A DNA stretch of 64,000 nt, from positions 101,432,001 through 101,496,000 of the forward strand of contig NC_042998.1 of assembly GCF_006345805.1 (NCBI RefSeq), in the 5' to 3' direction. The notes beneath the pieces were generated by a model. It was not told the DNA's origin and ran no database searches. It saw only the letters and a list, made by a program, of their open reading frames with translations. This document shows, one piece after another, positions 62,221 to 64,000 of the stretch (positions are counted from its first letter, which is position 1; every line of letters starts with the position of its first letter). This DNA is from Octopus sinensis (taxonomy: Eukaryota). The translations under genes and the position numbers were made by a program.

Positions 62221-62701
62221 TGAACTTTTAAACCCAAACCAAACGATAACAATGGAGATCTACTGCGAGCAGCTTGAGCGGCTTAAGTCAGTACTAGAAG
62301 AAAAACGACCTTCTTTGGTTTGAAGACGAAAGGTGTTCTTCCATCGGCCACATACAGCGAGGCTGACATTCCAAAGGCTGGAGCAGTTTCAGTGGGAAAA
62401 CGATGCCCCACCAATCATATTGCCGTACATTGCCCCGTCTGATTATCATTTATTCCGCAATCTTCAAAATCGTTTGGACGGAAAAAATATGAATTTTGTA
62501 GACGAGCTCAAAATTAGAGGAGTATTTTTCGTTACGGAATTTTGGAAGAAGGGGGGGGGGCTTACAAATCTACCAGATAGATGGAAGAGCAATGTAGAAA
62601 AATGAAGGAGAGTATATTTTAGATTAAAGAAGAACTTTATCTTAATTTTGAAAAATAAAAGAAGTATAACAAAAACCGCATTGTTTATGTGATGGACCAT
62701 A
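62219..62701 (+). mobile_element. 3' half of a mariner (DD34D-type) transposon
   Basis: FELLNPNQTITMEIYCEQLERL..RPHTAR..IAPSDYHLFRNLQN..LPDRW; TIR-like AAAACCGCATTGTTTATGTGATGGACCATA at ~62670-62700. Confidence 0.82.
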
Positions 62702-62975
62702 AAGCTGTCTCTGGGATATTCCGTCAACAGTGACATATAGGGAAAAATAGGGAAAAATGAGAATGGTGTATATTAATAAGATATAGAGGAAGAGAGTAAA
62801 ACCTGAGTAAAGGATATTCATTTGAAGAATTACTGACCACTGTTTCTGCTAAAGATGAACAAAATTACCTCCAGACACAGGAAGATATCAATTTCAACTT
62901 GGCTACAATTATTTTACTGAAGTATTTGGTCGTAGCGTCCCTGATCCACAGAATAATTATACTATAGTGTGGTTG

Positions 62976-63046
<71 letters not shown>

Positions 63047-63117
63047 TTTAGATATAGTAGGCCCCTTCATCCCACCATATAAAAGAATTTTAATTTAAAT
63101 ACTTACTACTTTATAAC

Positions 63118-63216
63118 TTGGCTACACGTGTTTCTTGAGGTACATTTCCCGGTTCCTTAACCACGCCGTGTTTTGCTGGAACCATTCTTAAAATATAACC
63201 CCCATCATCAGGTCTC
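63118..63216 (-). ncRNA. Partly degenerate HHR motif
   Basis: Minus strand CTGATGA (63211-63205) .. GAAAC-ACGT-GTA (63134-63123); palindromic stem III; stem I imperfect. Confidence 0.5.
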
Positions 63217-63601
63217 TATATCACTTTCTCATAGTTTGATACTATAAACTATATTTTAATTTTTTAAACAAGTAAGTATGTGTAAAATAGGTTTGCCGGA
63301 CCCTACTGCCCAAGATATAATTTAATTCAAATAAAAAAATGCAAAAATAAAATAAAAAATAAAGATAAAGGGCCTACTATCTCTACATGAAAATATATAT
63401 TTCCTCATTGTGAATAATTTGAACCCCTGTTAGGCCGGAATTTTTATTCCCTAACAAATAAAATTAAATATATATATATATATATATATAAATAATATAT
63501 AAGTATATGCATATATACATACAATATAATTACATGCACATATAAATATATACATGTAATTTTTGAATCGCAATTGCTATATATATCTCCATATTCTATT
63601 C

Positions 63602-63634
<33 letters not shown>

Positions 63635-63675
63635 ATACATACATAAATAAATGCATACATACATACATACATACA

Positions 63676-63711
<36 letters not shown>

Positions 63712-63812
63712 GTAAATCGAAGAAGAACGAAAATGAAACACAAAAAAGCAGCAACGTGAGGACGTTGGACATGTAAAGTATTAGCAGACTCTCAGGGAAG
63801 GAAAGAAAGGTG

Positions 63813-63847
63813 GCTTAACGTTTCGAGCAAAGCTCGTCTTCAGAAAC
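63813..63847 (-). ncRNA. Minimal HHR-like motif (loopless stem III, GUU triplet)
   Basis: Minus strand GTTT-CTGAAGA-C-GAGC-TTT-GCTC-GAAAC-GTT-AAGC. Confidence 0.5.
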
Positions 63848-64000
63848 AGAGAAAAGTCCAATAGAAAAGGAGGACGGAGGAAAAGAAAATCGCAACGATT
63901 CACATGTGGTTACATTTTGAAATATATATATATGCACATATAAATATTTATGTATGTATGTAAAAGTATACGTACTTTGTAAACAAATGTACAATCTAGA

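Overview
AT-rich (roughly one-third GC by eye), microsatellite-dense eukaryotic DNA. The tRNA-derived SINE families are ones I recognise from memory as typical of Octopus genomes, so the source is probably an octopus; this is not verified. I find no supportable host protein-coding gene, so the window looks intergenic or deep-intronic, and most short ORFs in the track are microsatellite or antisense artefacts. Identifiable content is transposable. (1) One apparently full-length, GC-rich RTE-clade LINE (25273-29242, minus) with an uninterrupted 1109-aa APE-RT-zinc-finger ORF. (2) A decayed second RTE. (3) Four decayed Penelope-like elements (PLEs). (4) A HERO/R2-like restriction-like-endonuclease remnant. 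(5) maT (DD37D) and mariner remnants, a non-autonomous Helitron and many SINEs. The most striking layer is non-coding. Several type I hammerhead ribozyme (HHR) motifs sit in (TA)n-embedded elements, including a canonical one inside a ~353-bp-period, 1.45-unit retrozyme-like element (53544-54059). There is also a series of long palindromes, several containing HHR halves, which suggests a fold-back step in the mobilisation of these PLE-related elements.
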